This document shows positions 55,233 to 64,000 of a stretch of DNA of 64,000 nt, piece after piece. Below the pieces are notes generated by a model. That model did not search any database. It was not told where the DNA came from and was given only the letters and a program-made list of their open reading frames with translations. The first letter of the stretch is position 1. Each line of letters starts with the position of its first letter. Both the position numbers and the translations under genes were made by a program. Source of the stretch: Steroidobacteraceae bacterium (GTDB lineage: Bacteria; Pseudomonadota; Gammaproteobacteria; Steroidobacterales; Steroidobacteraceae); assembly GCA_035517435.1 (NCBI GenBank), contig DATIYV010000070.1, forward strand, positions 12,898 through 76,897, given 5' to 3'.

Positions 55233-56789
55233 GTGACTGATTACCTGGGTCACGCCGTGAGCCTTGCGGCGGTCGCGGCCTTTGCCGCCGCGGTCTATTT
55301 GCCGGCGCGCAAATGGCAGGCGGGTCGAGAGAACAACACCGCGAACGACGGCGCGATGCTCCGTACCCTCATCGACAATCTTCCCGATCTGATCTATGTC
55401 AAAGACGTTGATGGCCGCTTCCTGCTCGCCAATGTGGCGGTCGCCCGCATCATGGGGGCGAGCTCGCCGAGCGACCTCTTAGGCAAGAACGACTTCGACT
55501 TTCATCCGAAGGAGCTGGCGACGCTCTACCACCAGGATGAGCAGGCGGTGATCCGCTCGGGCCAGGCGCTGCTGGCCCGTGAGGAAGAGTGCCGGGATCC
55601 GAACGGCAAGCGCATGCACCTGCAGACGACCAAGATCCCGCTGCGCGATCGAGCGGGGCGGGTGATAGGACTTGTGGGTATTGGGCGCGATATCACCCAG
55701 CGCGTCGAGGAGGCGCGTGCTCTGGATGCCGCCGTGAGTGAATCGCGGGAAGTCATCCAGGCAGTTCTCGCAGGTGCCGTCGACCGGCGGGTCGCGACAC
55801 GTGACAAGAGCGGCAATCTGCAGCTGCTCGCGCTGACGATCAATGAGCTCATCGACAGTGTCTCCAAGACCGTCGCGGAGACGATGCAGGTCGTGAGCCG
55901 GGCCGTCGACGGCGATCTCGCCTCGAGGATGAGCGTCGCAGGCAAGTGCGGCGATTTCAAGACATTGGCCGAGACCGTCAATTCCCTGATTCACGCCATG
56001 ATGCAGGTGGTGGCCAGTCTTGCGATGACCTCTCGCGCCGTCGAGGAGGGAGCCGCGGAAATTTCCCGCGGCAGTCTGGACCTCAGCAAGCGAACGGAGG
56101 TACAGGCCTCGAGTCTGGAGGAGACGAGCTCCTCGATGGCACAGATGACCTCGATGGTGAGGAACAACGCGGAACACGCCGGGCAAGCGAACTCACTGAC
56201 CGCCGCGGCGCGCGAGCAGGCCGAGCGTGGCGGCCGAGTGGTTGGGGCGGCGGTGGCCGCGATGAGCGAGATCAATGTCGCCAGCAACCGGATTGCCGAG
56301 ATTATCGGGGTCATCGATGAGATCGCGTTCCAGACCAACCTGCTTGCGCTGAACGCGGCGGTCGAAGCGGCGCGCGCCGGCGATCAGGGCCGAGGCTTCG
56401 CGGTCGTGGCCTCCGAGGTTCGCGGGCTCGCCTCGAGAAGTGCCGGCGCGGCCAAGGAGATCAAGGCGCTGATCCAGGATTCAGTGAACAAGGTCAGCGA
56501 GGGGACCAAGCTGGTCGGTGAGTCCGGCACGGTGCTGGATGAAATCGTCGTACGGGTCCAGAAAGTGACCGACGTCGTGGCCCAGATTGCCAAGTCGAGT
56601 GGTGAGCAGGCCGCGGGCATCGTGCAGGTGAACAACGCCATCACGGCCATGGACACGATGACTCAGCAGAACGCGGCACTGGTCGAAGAGGCTGCAGGCG
56701 CCGCGCAGGCCCTGAGCGGGCAAGCGAGCCAGCTCACGAAGCTGATCGAGCAATACCGCATCGCAACCGACGGCGCCGACCGGCGCTAG
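55233..56789 (+). CDS. Methyl-accepting chemotaxis protein with one TM helix and a cytoplasmic PAS domain
   Basis: GGAGG lies 6 nt upstream of GTG 55233. PAS segment ([22 protein letters not shown]...). Conserved MCP hairpin [34 protein letters not shown]. Confidence 0.85.
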   Translation: MTDYLGHAVSLAAVAAFAAAVYLPARKWQAGRENNTANDGAMLRTLIDNLPDLIYVKDVDGRFLLANVAVARIMGASSPSDLLGKNDFDFHPKELATLYHQDEQAVIRSGQALLAREEECRDPNGKRMHLQTTKIPLRDRAGRVIGLVGIGRDITQRVEEARALDAAVSESREVIQAVLAGAVDRRVATRDKSGNLQLLALTINELIDSVSKTVAETMQVVSRAVDGDLASRMSVAGKCGDFKTLAETVNSLIHAMMQVVASLAMTSRAVEEGAAEISRGSLDLSKRTEVQASSLEETSSSMAQMTSMVRNNAEHAGQANSLTAAAREQAERGGRVVGAAVAAMSEINVASNRIAEIIGVIDEIAFQTNLLALNAAVEAARAGDQGRGFAVVASEVRGLASRSAGAAKEIKALIQDSVNKVSEGTKLVGESGTVLDEIVVRVQKVTDVVAQIAKSSGEQAAGIVQVNNAITAMDTMTQQNAALVEEAAGAAQALSGQASQLTKLIEQYRIATDGADRR

Positions 56790-56799
56790 CCGTGGGCGG

Positions 56800-56985
56800 T
56801 TACGCTCTGGCTTTCGCTGCTGCCTTCGCGAGTGCGTCCAGCTCTTTCGCCGCGGCGCGTGTAACTCCGAAGATCTGCAGGCGCTTGCGTCCGAGCGCGA
56901 CCCAGGCTTCGAGGCTCGAGACGCCCTCAGCCCGGAGAAGCTCGATCAGCCGCTGCGGCAGTGTCTCTGGCAGAATCGTGTCCAT
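56800..56985 (-). CDS. Hypothetical 61-aa protein, helix-hairpin-helix-like
   Basis: Coding-like GC3 bias. LPQRLIELLRAEGVSSLEAWVALGRKRLQIFGVTRAAAKEL resembles an HhH / RNAP-alpha-CTD-like motif. This is a weak call. Confidence 0.4.
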   Translation of the reverse strand: MDTILPETLPQRLIELLRAEGVSSLEAWVALGRKRLQIFGVTRAAAKELDALAKAAAKARA

Positions 56986-57181
56986 AAGCCATGCTTTCGG
57001 CTGGCGCCGGCAATTACCAAGGGCCAGTTAACACTTTTCCGCGGGCATATGCTCGTTCAGTGACGGACGTCGCACTTAGCGGGCCTCAACCGGTCCCAGA
57101 GCCTGACTCTATATAGAGGAACCGCTGGCCCTGGCTCCCACGCTGGCAGACGCCGATGCGTGCAAGTCGGCCGAGCAAGCG

Positions 57182-57316
57182 ATGCGAATGAAGGCGCTGG
57201 TGAGTGACCTCATTGAGTTCGAGCGGCAGCTCGCGATCCTCGAGAAGCGCGGAGCACGCGATCTGTACCCCGAGCTGATCAAGCCGTGCCCGCCGAGCGG
57301 GCTTACGGTGCACTAG
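57182..57316 (+). CDS. Possible 44-aa small ORF (below the ORF-track cut-off)
   Basis: MRMKALVSDLIEFERQLAILEKRGARDLYPELIKPCPPSGLTVH. G/C occupies the third position in most codons, and this bias continues about 22 codons upstream with no canonical start. Confidence 0.2.
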   Translation: MRMKALVSDLIEFERQLAILEKRGARDLYPELIKPCPPSGLTVH

Positions 57317-57417
57317 CCCGCGGACCCTTAGGCGCTGGTTCGCCCTCGGGAACTCTGGTAGTTTCTTTTGGCTTCGTGTCACCGCATGCAGCGTCAGCGC
57401 TGCCGAGGAGTTGAAAA

Positions 57418-57849
57418 TTGAGCGAGGATCCGCATTCTTCGGCGCCCGCCACGACGCCCCACGATCACGCCGTAGTGTGGATTGATCATGAGCAGGCGCG
57501 CGTGTTTCTGTTCGACGCGGGGCAGGCGGAGGAATCACACGTTCACCCGGAACACGCGAAGCACCATATTCATCACAAGGCGAACAGCATCGGCAGCGGA
57601 CATGCGCCTGAGGACTCTGCCTACTATCGTGACGTTTCTGCTCGCTTACAGGGGGCGCGTGCGGTGCTCGTCACCGGCCCCGCCGGAGCAAAGTTTGAGC
57701 TCGTAAAGTGTATCGAGCGCGAGGCGCCGCAGCTGCGCGCCCGCATCGATGCAATCCAGACGCTGGATCATCCCACCGACGGAGAGCTGCTCGCGTACGC
57801 GCGCAAGCATTTCAGAGCCAGCGATCGCATGCGCTCGCAATCCAGGTGA
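57418..57849 (+). CDS. 'Translational machinery protein' family member (bacterial eRF1/Pelota-domain-like), His-rich
   Basis: GAGGAG SD 7 nt upstream of TTG 57418. HAVVWIDHEQARVF...HHKANSIGSGHAPED...VTGPAGAKFELVKCIE...LDHPTDGELLAYARKHF matches my recollection of this family. No database check was run. Confidence 0.6.
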   Translation: MSEDPHSSAPATTPHDHAVVWIDHEQARVFLFDAGQAEESHVHPEHAKHHIHHKANSIGSGHAPEDSAYYRDVSARLQGARAVLVTGPAGAKFELVKCIEREAPQLRARIDAIQTLDHPTDGELLAYARKHFRASDRMRSQSR

Positions 57850-57852
57850 GGA

Positions 57853-58620
57853 GTGAGCGCTGATGCGCCCGCCGGGACGCACACGGCCGAGACGGGGCCC
57901 GGCACCTTACACGGCCGCATGCTTCATGTCTCGCGCCTGGCCACGATCGGTGAGATGGCAGCTGGCGTGGCTCACGAGCTCAACCAGCCGTTGACCGCGA
58001 TCGCTAACTACGCGCAAGCCTGTGTTCGGCTGCTGGCGAAGCCTGGCGCCGACACGGCGGAACTCAGTCAGGCCCTGCAGGAGATCGCCGCTCAGGCCGT
58101 GCGCGCGGGCGATATCATCCGCCGCTTGCGAACCCTGGCACGCAACGACGCCATTCAATCCGTCTCCACCGACTTGAATTCGGTCGTCTCGGAGATCGAA
58201 ACGCTGCTGCAGACCGATGCGCGCGTGCACGGCGTGCGCCTGTCATTGCACCTCGCGCCGGGACTGCCACGAGTGACCCTCGATCGAGTACAGATCCAGC
58301 ATGTCCTGCTCAATCTGATGCGCAACGGTCTTGAAGCGCTGCAATCATGGAGCGGAGCGCGTGAGATCGAAATTCGCACCTCACTTCTGCCGACCGGTGA
58401 GGTGGAGATCGCGGTGACCGACAGCGGACCCGGACTCGCGCCGGGGGAAGCCGAGCGTGTGTTTGATCCGTTCTTCTCGACGAAGGAGAATGGCACAGGC
58501 CTCGGGCTGCCGATCAGCAGCACGATTGCGCGCGCGCACGGGGGCGAGCTGGGCTACCGTCCGCATGAGCCTACGGGCGCGTGCTTCTACATTCACCTGC
58601 CTTGCGAAGCCGATGCATGA
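57853..58620 (+). CDS. Histidine kinase core only (DHp + CA), no TM or sensor domain
   Basis: H-box GVAHELNQPLTAI, N-box LLNLMRNGLEA, G-boxes DSGPGL and GTGLGLPIS. Only about 25-45 residues precede the H-box, whichever start is used (GTG 57853 or ATG 57916). Confidence 0.8.
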   Translation: MSADAPAGTHTAETGPGTLHGRMLHVSRLATIGEMAAGVAHELNQPLTAIANYAQACVRLLAKPGADTAELSQALQEIAAQAVRAGDIIRRLRTLARNDAIQSVSTDLNSVVSEIETLLQTDARVHGVRLSLHLAPGLPRVTLDRVQIQHVLLNLMRNGLEALQSWSGAREIEIRTSLLPTGEVEIAVTDSGPGLAPGEAERVFDPFFSTKENGTGLGLPISSTIARAHGGELGYRPHEPTGACFYIHLPCEADA

Positions 58621-59261
58621 TTACCAAAGAGCAGCCACCCGTTGTGTTCATCGTCGATGACGATGAGGCCGTACGCAATTCATTGCGCTTTTTGCTGAAG
58701 TCAGTGGGAGTGGCCACGCAGGCGCTGGCCTCCGCCGGCGAGTTCCTCGAGAGCTACGTCCCGACCCAGGCCGGCTGCCTGGTACTGGACGTGCGCATGC
58801 CCGGCATGAGCGGTCTGGAGCTGCAACAGCAGCTCAATATCAAAGGCGCCGTGATTCCGGTGATCTTCATCACGGGGCATGGCGATATTCCCATGGCGGT
58901 GGAGGCCATGCGCTACGGCGCGTTCGATTTTCTGCAGAAGCCGTTCCGCGATCAGGATCTCATCGATCGGATCCAGAAAGCACTCGCGAAGGACGCCAAG
59001 AGTCGTGCCGGGCTCAAGGAACACGATCGGATACGCCAGCGTCTGGCGACGCTCACGCCGCGGGAACGCGAGGTTCTGGCACTGATGACGCGCGGCAAGG
59101 CCAATAAAGTCATGGCGGCCGAGCTCGGCGTGAGTCAGCGCACGGTGGAGATTCACCGTGCGCGTGTCATGGAGAAGAGCGGGGCGGCATCGCTTGCGCA
59201 GCTGGTGCGCATGGTGATGGATATCGCGCCGGAGCACAGTTCCGCGGCCCCGACGGCCTGA
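58617..59261 (+). CDS. FixJ/LuxR-family response regulator
   Basis: ATGA overlap with the kinase stop. REC segments VFIVDDDEAVRNSL...LVLDVRMPGMSG...ITGHGD. HTH LTPREREVLALMTRGKANKVMAAELGVSQRTVEIHR. Confidence 0.9.
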   Translation: MITKEQPPVVFIVDDDEAVRNSLRFLLKSVGVATQALASAGEFLESYVPTQAGCLVLDVRMPGMSGLELQQQLNIKGAVIPVIFITGHGDIPMAVEAMRYGAFDFLQKPFRDQDLIDRIQKALAKDAKSRAGLKEHDRIRQRLATLTPREREVLALMTRGKANKVMAAELGVSQRTVEIHRARVMEKSGAASLAQLVRMVMDIAPEHSSAAPTA

Positions 59262-61100
59262 TCACCCACGCGGACTGGCGTGTCCCTCGTACAGCTGTGC
59301 AATCTCGCTGGCGAGCCGGGCCTCAATCGCCGCCCGCTTTAACTTCAAGGTCGGGGTCAACAAGCCGTTGTCGATGCTCCAGGGCTGGCGTGTCAGCCAC
59401 ACGGCCCGCGGTTGAGCGTAACTGGGCCACGTGCGTACGGCCGCGGCGATGCGTTCAAGCGCCCAGTTCAGCGCCGCATCCGACTGCAGGCTTGCGGCAG
59501 CCGACGGATCCAGAGATAAGCTGGCCGCGGCTCGCTCCCAGGCCGCGTCATTCAGAACCGCGAGGGCTGCGAGGTAGGGCCGGCCTTCGCCGATGACCAT
59601 CGCCTGATCGAATGTGGGATCGGCCACGATCGCGGACTCGAGATCCGTAGGCGCGATCTTCTCGCCGGTCGAGGTCACAATGATGTCCTTGATTCGGCCG
59701 CTGATGTACACACGGCCGTCGCTCAATCGCGCCTGATCGCCGGTGTGCAGCCAGCCCTCCGGGTCGAGTGTCCGCGCCGTCTCGTCGGCGCGCCGCCAGT
59801 AGCCGACCATGACATTCGGTCCACGCACCAAAAGTTCCTCGCGCTCGCCGAGCTTTACCTCCACGCCCGGAAGCGGCCGGCCAACGGAGGCTGGATCGTT
59901 GTCCAGGGGGATATTGCAGCAGACGACGGGTGCGCTCTCGGTCATGCCATAGCCCTGCAGCAGCGGCACACCGAGCCCGAGAAACGTCCTGGCGACGGGC
60001 GCCGGGATGGCCGCCCCGCCTGTGACGGCGGCGCGAACCCGGCCACCGAAGCGCGCGCGCAGGGGGGCTCCAAGCCAGCGGTCGAGTGCGCGCTCGATCA
60101 ATCCCCGCGGCGAGGCTGCAATCTTCTGCGCCTGGGCGATCTGGAACCGCCGCCAGCCGATGCGGACGGCGAGCCTGAGCAGCAGTTGTGCGATCCGTCT
60201 GTGCTCGAGGCTCTCATGCAGCTTGACGTACGCGCGCTCGTAGATCCGGGGAACCGAAATCAGAATCGTCGGCTGAACGGTGACGAGATCCTCGGTCAAC
60301 TGCGCGACCGAGCGCGCGAACACGACAGCCGCCCCGGCGGCGAGCGGCAGGTAGTAGCCTGCCGTTCGCTCGAGCGTATGCGACAGAGGCAGAAACGACA
60401 GAAATACGTCCTCTTGAAATACTGGCAGCACATCAAGCACCGCGCGCACGTTCGCGACGACGTTGCCGTGTGAGAGCACGACACCCTTCGGGCGCCCCGT
60501 CGACCCGGAGGTGTAAACGATAGCCGCGACCGTTTGATCGGTAATCCGCGGACCGGAGGACGTACTCCCCGGTGCGATGGCCGGCGAGTCCAGCCACTGG
60601 CGCAGCGCGCGCGCCATGGCATCAGTGGGGGTACCGGTGAGGCATACGACCCGGCGCAGCTCGGGAAACTGTGCCTGCAGGGGCGCCAGCGCCTCCCAGC
60701 GCGCCGCCGTATCGATGAACAGCAGCGAGGCAGCGCTGTCGGCGAGCACATAGGCGAGGCTGTCGGGGTTGTCGATCGAGTGCATCGGCACCGGGATGAG
60801 TCCCAGGGCGAGCGCTGACTGATCGATCAGGACGTGCTCGATGCTGTTAGGCACCAGCAAGGCGATACGCGACCCCGGGGCAAGGCCTTCGCCACGCAGT
60901 GCGAGGCCCCATACGGCCAGTTGATCGGCGATTTGCTGCCACGATAAACTCACCCAGCTGCCGCGCTGCGCATCGAACTGGCGATAGGCTTCGCCTGAAG
61001 GTGTTAGTTGCACACGCTGCTGCAACATCCCAACCAGCGTATTAGCCTGCAGGTCGCCCGATACCCGTGAACCCTTCGCCAATGTGCAGCAGTCCGACAT
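59262..61100 (-). CDS. AMP-dependent synthetase/ligase (long-chain acyl-CoA synthetase-like)
   Basis: AMP-binding motif IVYTSGSTGRPKGVVLSH, GYGMTE, and LHTGDQARL. The stop abuts the regulator stop (TGATCA). Confidence 0.85.
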   Translation of the reverse strand: MSDCCTLAKGSRVSGDLQANTLVGMLQQRVQLTPSGEAYRQFDAQRGSWVSLSWQQIADQLAVWGLALRGEGLAPGSRIALLVPNSIEHVLIDQSALALGLIPVPMHSIDNPDSLAYVLADSAASLLFIDTAARWEALAPLQAQFPELRRVVCLTGTPTDAMARALRQWLDSPAIAPGSTSSGPRITDQTVAAIVYTSGSTGRPKGVVLSHGNVVANVRAVLDVLPVFQEDVFLSFLPLSHTLERTAGYYLPLAAGAAVVFARSVAQLTEDLVTVQPTILISVPRIYERAYVKLHESLEHRRIAQLLLRLAVRIGWRRFQIAQAQKIAASPRGLIERALDRWLGAPLRARFGGRVRAAVTGGAAIPAPVARTFLGLGVPLLQGYGMTESAPVVCCNIPLDNDPASVGRPLPGVEVKLGEREELLVRGPNVMVGYWRRADETARTLDPEGWLHTGDQARLSDGRVYISGRIKDIIVTSTGEKIAPTDLESAIVADPTFDQAMVIGEGRPYLAALAVLNDAAWERAAASLSLDPSAAASLQSDAALNWALERIAAAVRTWPSYAQPRAVWLTRQPWSIDNGLLTPTLKLKRAAIEARLASEIAQLYEGHASPRG

Positions 61101-61226
61101 GGGGTATCTAGAGCGCCAAAAGTCGCCTTAAAGCCTGATTCGAGGCTAGGGACATTCGTTCTTGGTACCCATCCGCATTAGTGCTTATGATGTTTGGGCC
61201 TCTTCTCCCTCCGCAACGAGGCGACA

Positions 61227-62741
61227 ATGCTATCCGCTGAGCTCTTTGGCAAGGCGCTCGAATCCGCCCCGGACGCCATCGTCATCGTCGATGAAGCGGG
61301 TCGCGTGGTGTTCGCCAACAGGCAGGTCTCGGCGCTGTTCGGCTACGAGCGTGGCGAGATCGTCGGCGAATCCGTCGATCGGCTGTTACCCGAGCGCTTT
61401 CGCGACAAGCATGCAGGTCACCGTCGCCGCTATGGCGAGAGTGCGCGCATGCGTCCGATGGGCGTCAATCTGGAGCTGTACGCGCTGCGAAAGGACTCGA
61501 CCGAGCTGCCGGTGGAGATCAGCCTGAGCCCGATTCAGGACGGGGAGCGCTTGCTGGTGGCCGCGGCGATTCGGGATGTCTCCGAACGCAAGCGTATCCA
61601 GACCGAGGTGATCCACGCACGCGAGGCGGCCGACCGCGCCAATCAGGCCAAGAGCCGCTTCCTCGCCACGGCCAGCCACGATCTGCGTCAACCGCTGCAG
61701 AGTCTGGCGTTGCTGAACGGGAGTCTGCAGAGTCTGGTGCGCGACCCGACTGCGCTCGAGGCGATATCGCAGCAAACGCTCGCCATCAATGCCATGTCGC
61801 GCCTGCTCAACGCACTGCTGGATATCAGCAAGCTCGAGTCCGGTGCGATCCGTCCGGATCCCGTCGACTTTCGGGTGGCGGCGCTGTTCGAGGAGATGCG
61901 CCGCGAGTTCGCAAACCTTGCTTCCAGCAAGGGGCTCGAACTGCGTGTGGATCCGGCGCCGCAATATGTGCATTCGGACCCCTCGCTGATCGGGCAGATC
62001 CTGCGCAATCTGATCTCGAACGCCATCAAGTACACGCGCCAGGGGTCGGTCGAGCTGCACTCGATCCTTAGAGGCTCGATGGTGCAGATCGAGGTCGTGG
62101 ACACCGGCATCGGCATACCGGCCGATCAGCTGCCGTACATTTGCGAGGAGTTCTTTCAGGTCGGGGTTGCGAGCAATACCACGCGCGATGGCTACGGTCT
62201 GGGTCTGAGTATCGTCCAGCGGATCGTCAGTCTGCTCGATCTGCGAATGAGCGTGCGCTCTGAGCCTGGCCGCGGCTCGACCTTCGCGATCGACTTGCCG
62301 CTGGGCCGGGGCGAGGACGCGGCACGGAGCGCGGGATCGGAGGCGCCCACGCCGATCGCCCCACGCACGCACTCCGCGCGGGTGCTGCTGGTCGATGACG
62401 ACCTGGGCGTGCGCAACGCCACCGCAATGTTCCTGAAAGTTGAGGGTTACGAGGTGCTTGCTGCCTCCTCACTCGCGGAAGCAATGCAGCGGCTGAGCCA
62501 GACACCGCAGATCGATCTGGTCGTGAGCGACTACCACTTGAACCCCGGGGAAACCGGCGTGCAGGTGATCGCCGCGGCGCGTGAGCTTCGAGGCCCGCAG
62601 CTGCCGGCAATACTGGTCACCGGAGACACCTCTACGAGTGTGCGCGAGCTGCAGGTGGATGCCTGCACCCGCGTTGCCTGCAAGCCGATCCAGCCGACGG
62701 AGTTCGTGGCGCTGATCAGAGCCTTACTGAAGGAAAGCTAG
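61227..62741 (+). CDS. Hybrid sensor histidine kinase: PAS - HisKA - HATPase_c - REC
   Basis: PAS with LLPERFRDKHAGHRRRY...LRKDSTELPVEISLSPI. H-box FLATASHDLRQPL. G-boxes DTGIGI and GYGLGLSIV. REC VLLVDDD...LVVSDYHL. Confidence 0.85.
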   Translation: MLSAELFGKALESAPDAIVIVDEAGRVVFANRQVSALFGYERGEIVGESVDRLLPERFRDKHAGHRRRYGESARMRPMGVNLELYALRKDSTELPVEISLSPIQDGERLLVAAAIRDVSERKRIQTEVIHAREAADRANQAKSRFLATASHDLRQPLQSLALLNGSLQSLVRDPTALEAISQQTLAINAMSRLLNALLDISKLESGAIRPDPVDFRVAALFEEMRREFANLASSKGLELRVDPAPQYVHSDPSLIGQILRNLISNAIKYTRQGSVELHSILRGSMVQIEVVDTGIGIPADQLPYICEEFFQVGVASNTTRDGYGLGLSIVQRIVSLLDLRMSVRSEPGRGSTFAIDLPLGRGEDAARSAGSEAPTPIAPRTHSARVLLVDDDLGVRNATAMFLKVEGYEVLAASSLAEAMQRLSQTPQIDLVVSDYHLNPGETGVQVIAAARELRGPQLPAILVTGDTSTSVRELQVDACTRVACKPIQPTEFVALIRALLKES

Positions 62742-64000
62742 GTCATCTTCGTGCGAGCTCACGCGCGGCTGGCTCTCCCCGGGACTCACTGAACGCGAGA
62801 TGGCGCTCAGCACATTTCCGAAAACCTGCCCATCGGTGCTGTCCGCCCCGATCACCTGGAGTTTCTCATCCGGGGCAATCGCTTCGAACTGTCCAATCTG
62901 CCACTCGAGGACCCGGACATCGGCCTCAGAGGCGTCGTGACCGGCACGACGCCTCGACGCAACGCGCGTGCGTAAGGTGGCCTCGGGCGCCTGACAGTGG
63001 ATCACGCGCAACTCGACGACCTGCTGGCGCGCGAGCGCTCGAAAGCGCGCACGCTCGCTGCGACGCAGACAGGTGGCATCGACAATAACGTTGAAGGAGC
63101 CCGCCAGCGCATCCTGCGCACAGCCCGCCAGATGGTCATAGACGCGCTCGGTCATCTCGCGCGAATACAAGCCAGTGGCCAGCCCAGATCCGGTGTGCGC
63201 CTGTGGCTCCAGCGCGGCGGCGCGCTTGCGCTCGATATCCGATCGCAGGTGAATGGCGTTCAAACGCTCGGCCAGGAGGCGTGCCAGCCAGGTTTTGCCG
63301 GAACCGGACATCCCGCACATGACGAGCAGAACCGGCCTGACCGGGGTCAGTGACGCGCGTGCGCACGCCAAGAGCCGCGCGTGCTCATCGCGCAGGGCCT
63401 GACGGGCCTGTGCCGGCGCCTCGCGGGCCGATAGCGCCGCAACTTTCGCGCGCACGAGCGCCCGGTGGGCTTGATACAGACCCAGTACCCGGCAGGCTTG
63501 ATAGTCGCCGCTTTGCGCCAGATAGCCGCTGCGCAGCGCGTACGCATGCAGTGGCCGCTCGTGGGCGATCAGATCGCTGAGCAGTAACGCGAGCTCATCG
63601 GCTACGTCGATCCAGCGGAATGCCGGTTCGAACTCCAGGCAATCGAAGGGCACCAGGCGTCTGCCGAGGCGCACGATGTTGCGGGTATGCAGATCACCGT
63701 GACACTCGCGGATGCTGCCGTTGTGCTGTCGCAGGTTCATACAGGCGCGCGTCAACTCGATCTCCTCCTCGAGCCGGGGACGCAGAGCCGACACCTCGGT
63801 TGCGCGCTGGAAGAGAGCCGCGGCCTGTGCGCATTCCGCGAGATTGGTGAGCAGCAGCGCGGCTACGGCAGTGGGCCTGCCCCAGCCGCTGCCGTTCTGC
63901 GCCGCCGGTAGTCGGGTGTGCGTCAGGGCGAGAAGCCGTCCGAACTCCTCGAGCTCGATGGGTTCGATCCGGCGTGTTTGAAGCAGCCGGTCGAGCTCAT
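62724..64000 (-). CDS. Bifunctional aminoglycoside-phosphotransferase-like / P-loop (AAA) ATP-binding protein, N-terminus beyond the right edge
   Basis: I checked that the frame stays open from 63794 to base 64000. Kinase motif CHGDLHTRN, then Walker A CGMSGSGKTW. The 3' end overlaps the hybrid-kinase 3' end by 18 nt. Confidence 0.75.
   Translation of the reverse strand, partial: ELDRLLQTRRIEPIELEEFGRLLALTHTRLPAAQNGSGWGRPTAVAALLLTNLAECAQAAALFQRATEVSALRPRLEEEIELTRACMNLRQHNGSIRECHGDLHTRNIVRLGRRLVPFDCLEFEPAFRWIDVADELALLLSDLIAHERPLHAYALRSGYLAQSGDYQACRVLGLYQAHRALVRAKVAALSAREAPAQARQALRDEHARLLACARASLTPVRPVLLVMCGMSGSGKTWLARLLAERLNAIHLRSDIERKRAAALEPQAHTGSGLATGLYSREMTERVYDHLAGCAQDALAGSFNVIVDATCLRRSERARFRALARQQVVELRVIHCQAPEATLRTRVASRRRAGHDASEADVRVLEWQIGQFEAIAPDEKLQVIGADSTDGQVFGNVLSAISRSVSPGESQPRVSSHEDDLAFLQ

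Noticed and set aside
57086-57538. 150-aa minus-strand ORF in the gap between the small HhH-like gene and the eRF1-like gene.
   Set aside because: It overlaps the SD and start of the 57418 gene and a plus-strand frame with better codon bias. The translation has no motifs.
1-64000. Whole-window search for mobile elements, tRNA/rRNA genes, CRISPR arrays, toxin-antitoxin pairs and known defence genes.
   Set aside because: I saw no transposase, integrase or recombinase motifs, no cloverleaf-like conserved tRNA arms in intergenic DNA, no regularly spaced repeats, and no nuclease/helicase/ATPase defence signatures. A tRNAscan/Infernal/ISfinder/DefenseFinder run would be needed to exclude them formally.

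Overview
GC-rich (by eye about two-thirds G+C) proteobacterial chromosomal segment, probably a gammaproteobacterium of the Xanthomonadales/Nevskiales/Steroidobacter type; the taxon is inferred from gene order only. Coding is dense, with about 59 CDS. Many junctions are translationally coupled (ATGA, TGATG, GTGA), and several convergent gene pairs overlap at their stop codons. I found no rRNA, tRNA, CRISPR array, transposase, integrase or prophage signature. The long antisense ORFs in the six-frame track look like high-GC shadow ORFs.

Layout:
- 1-9.5 kb: conserved housekeeping block serC-serA-pheA-aroA-cmk-rpsA-ihfB-lapB-galU.
- 9.6-13.9 kb: MacAB/Lol-like ABC efflux operon (adaptor, ATPase, two FtsX permeases).
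- 13.9-17.3 kb: coupled MetE-like / RNB ribonuclease / LOG genes.
- 17.3-22.6 kb: SRAP, FAD monooxygenase, and GGDEF-EAL>ICMT>PaiB.
- 22.9-27.9 kb: minimal archaic (Csu/spore-coat-U type) chaperone-usher pilus cluster, plus a convergent cysteine-free SCPU-like orphan.
- 28.1-31.6 kb: orphan 4xPAS HisKA_3 kinase with two coupled unknown genes.
- 31.8-39.2 kb: exported DUF1592(heme c)/DUF1552/ankyrin/MBL/AKR module.
- 39.2-46.7 kb: hexuronate catabolism (eda, exuT-like, uxaC, manD, uxuB, GNAT, kdgK).
- 46.7-64 kb: moeA-mobB, cytoplasmic sulfatase, two tandem aldehyde dehydrogenases, PAS-MCP, an eRF1-like protein + sensor-less kinase + FixJ regulator, acyl-CoA synthetase, hybrid kinase and an APH/AAA gene running off the right edge.

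The best candidates for undescribed biology are:
(i) the eRF1-like/sensor-less-kinase/FixJ trio;
(ii) the DUF1592-DUF1552-ankyrin-MBL-AKR exported operon;
(iii) short AT-rich islands with a shared TAGTT-N5-6-AAC core at operon boundaries;
(iv) several genes (aroA, exuT-like, manD, moeA) with no canonical start codon near their homology boundary, three of them at divergent junctions with essentially zero intergenic space.

All family assignments come from motif recognition by eye; no database search was run.
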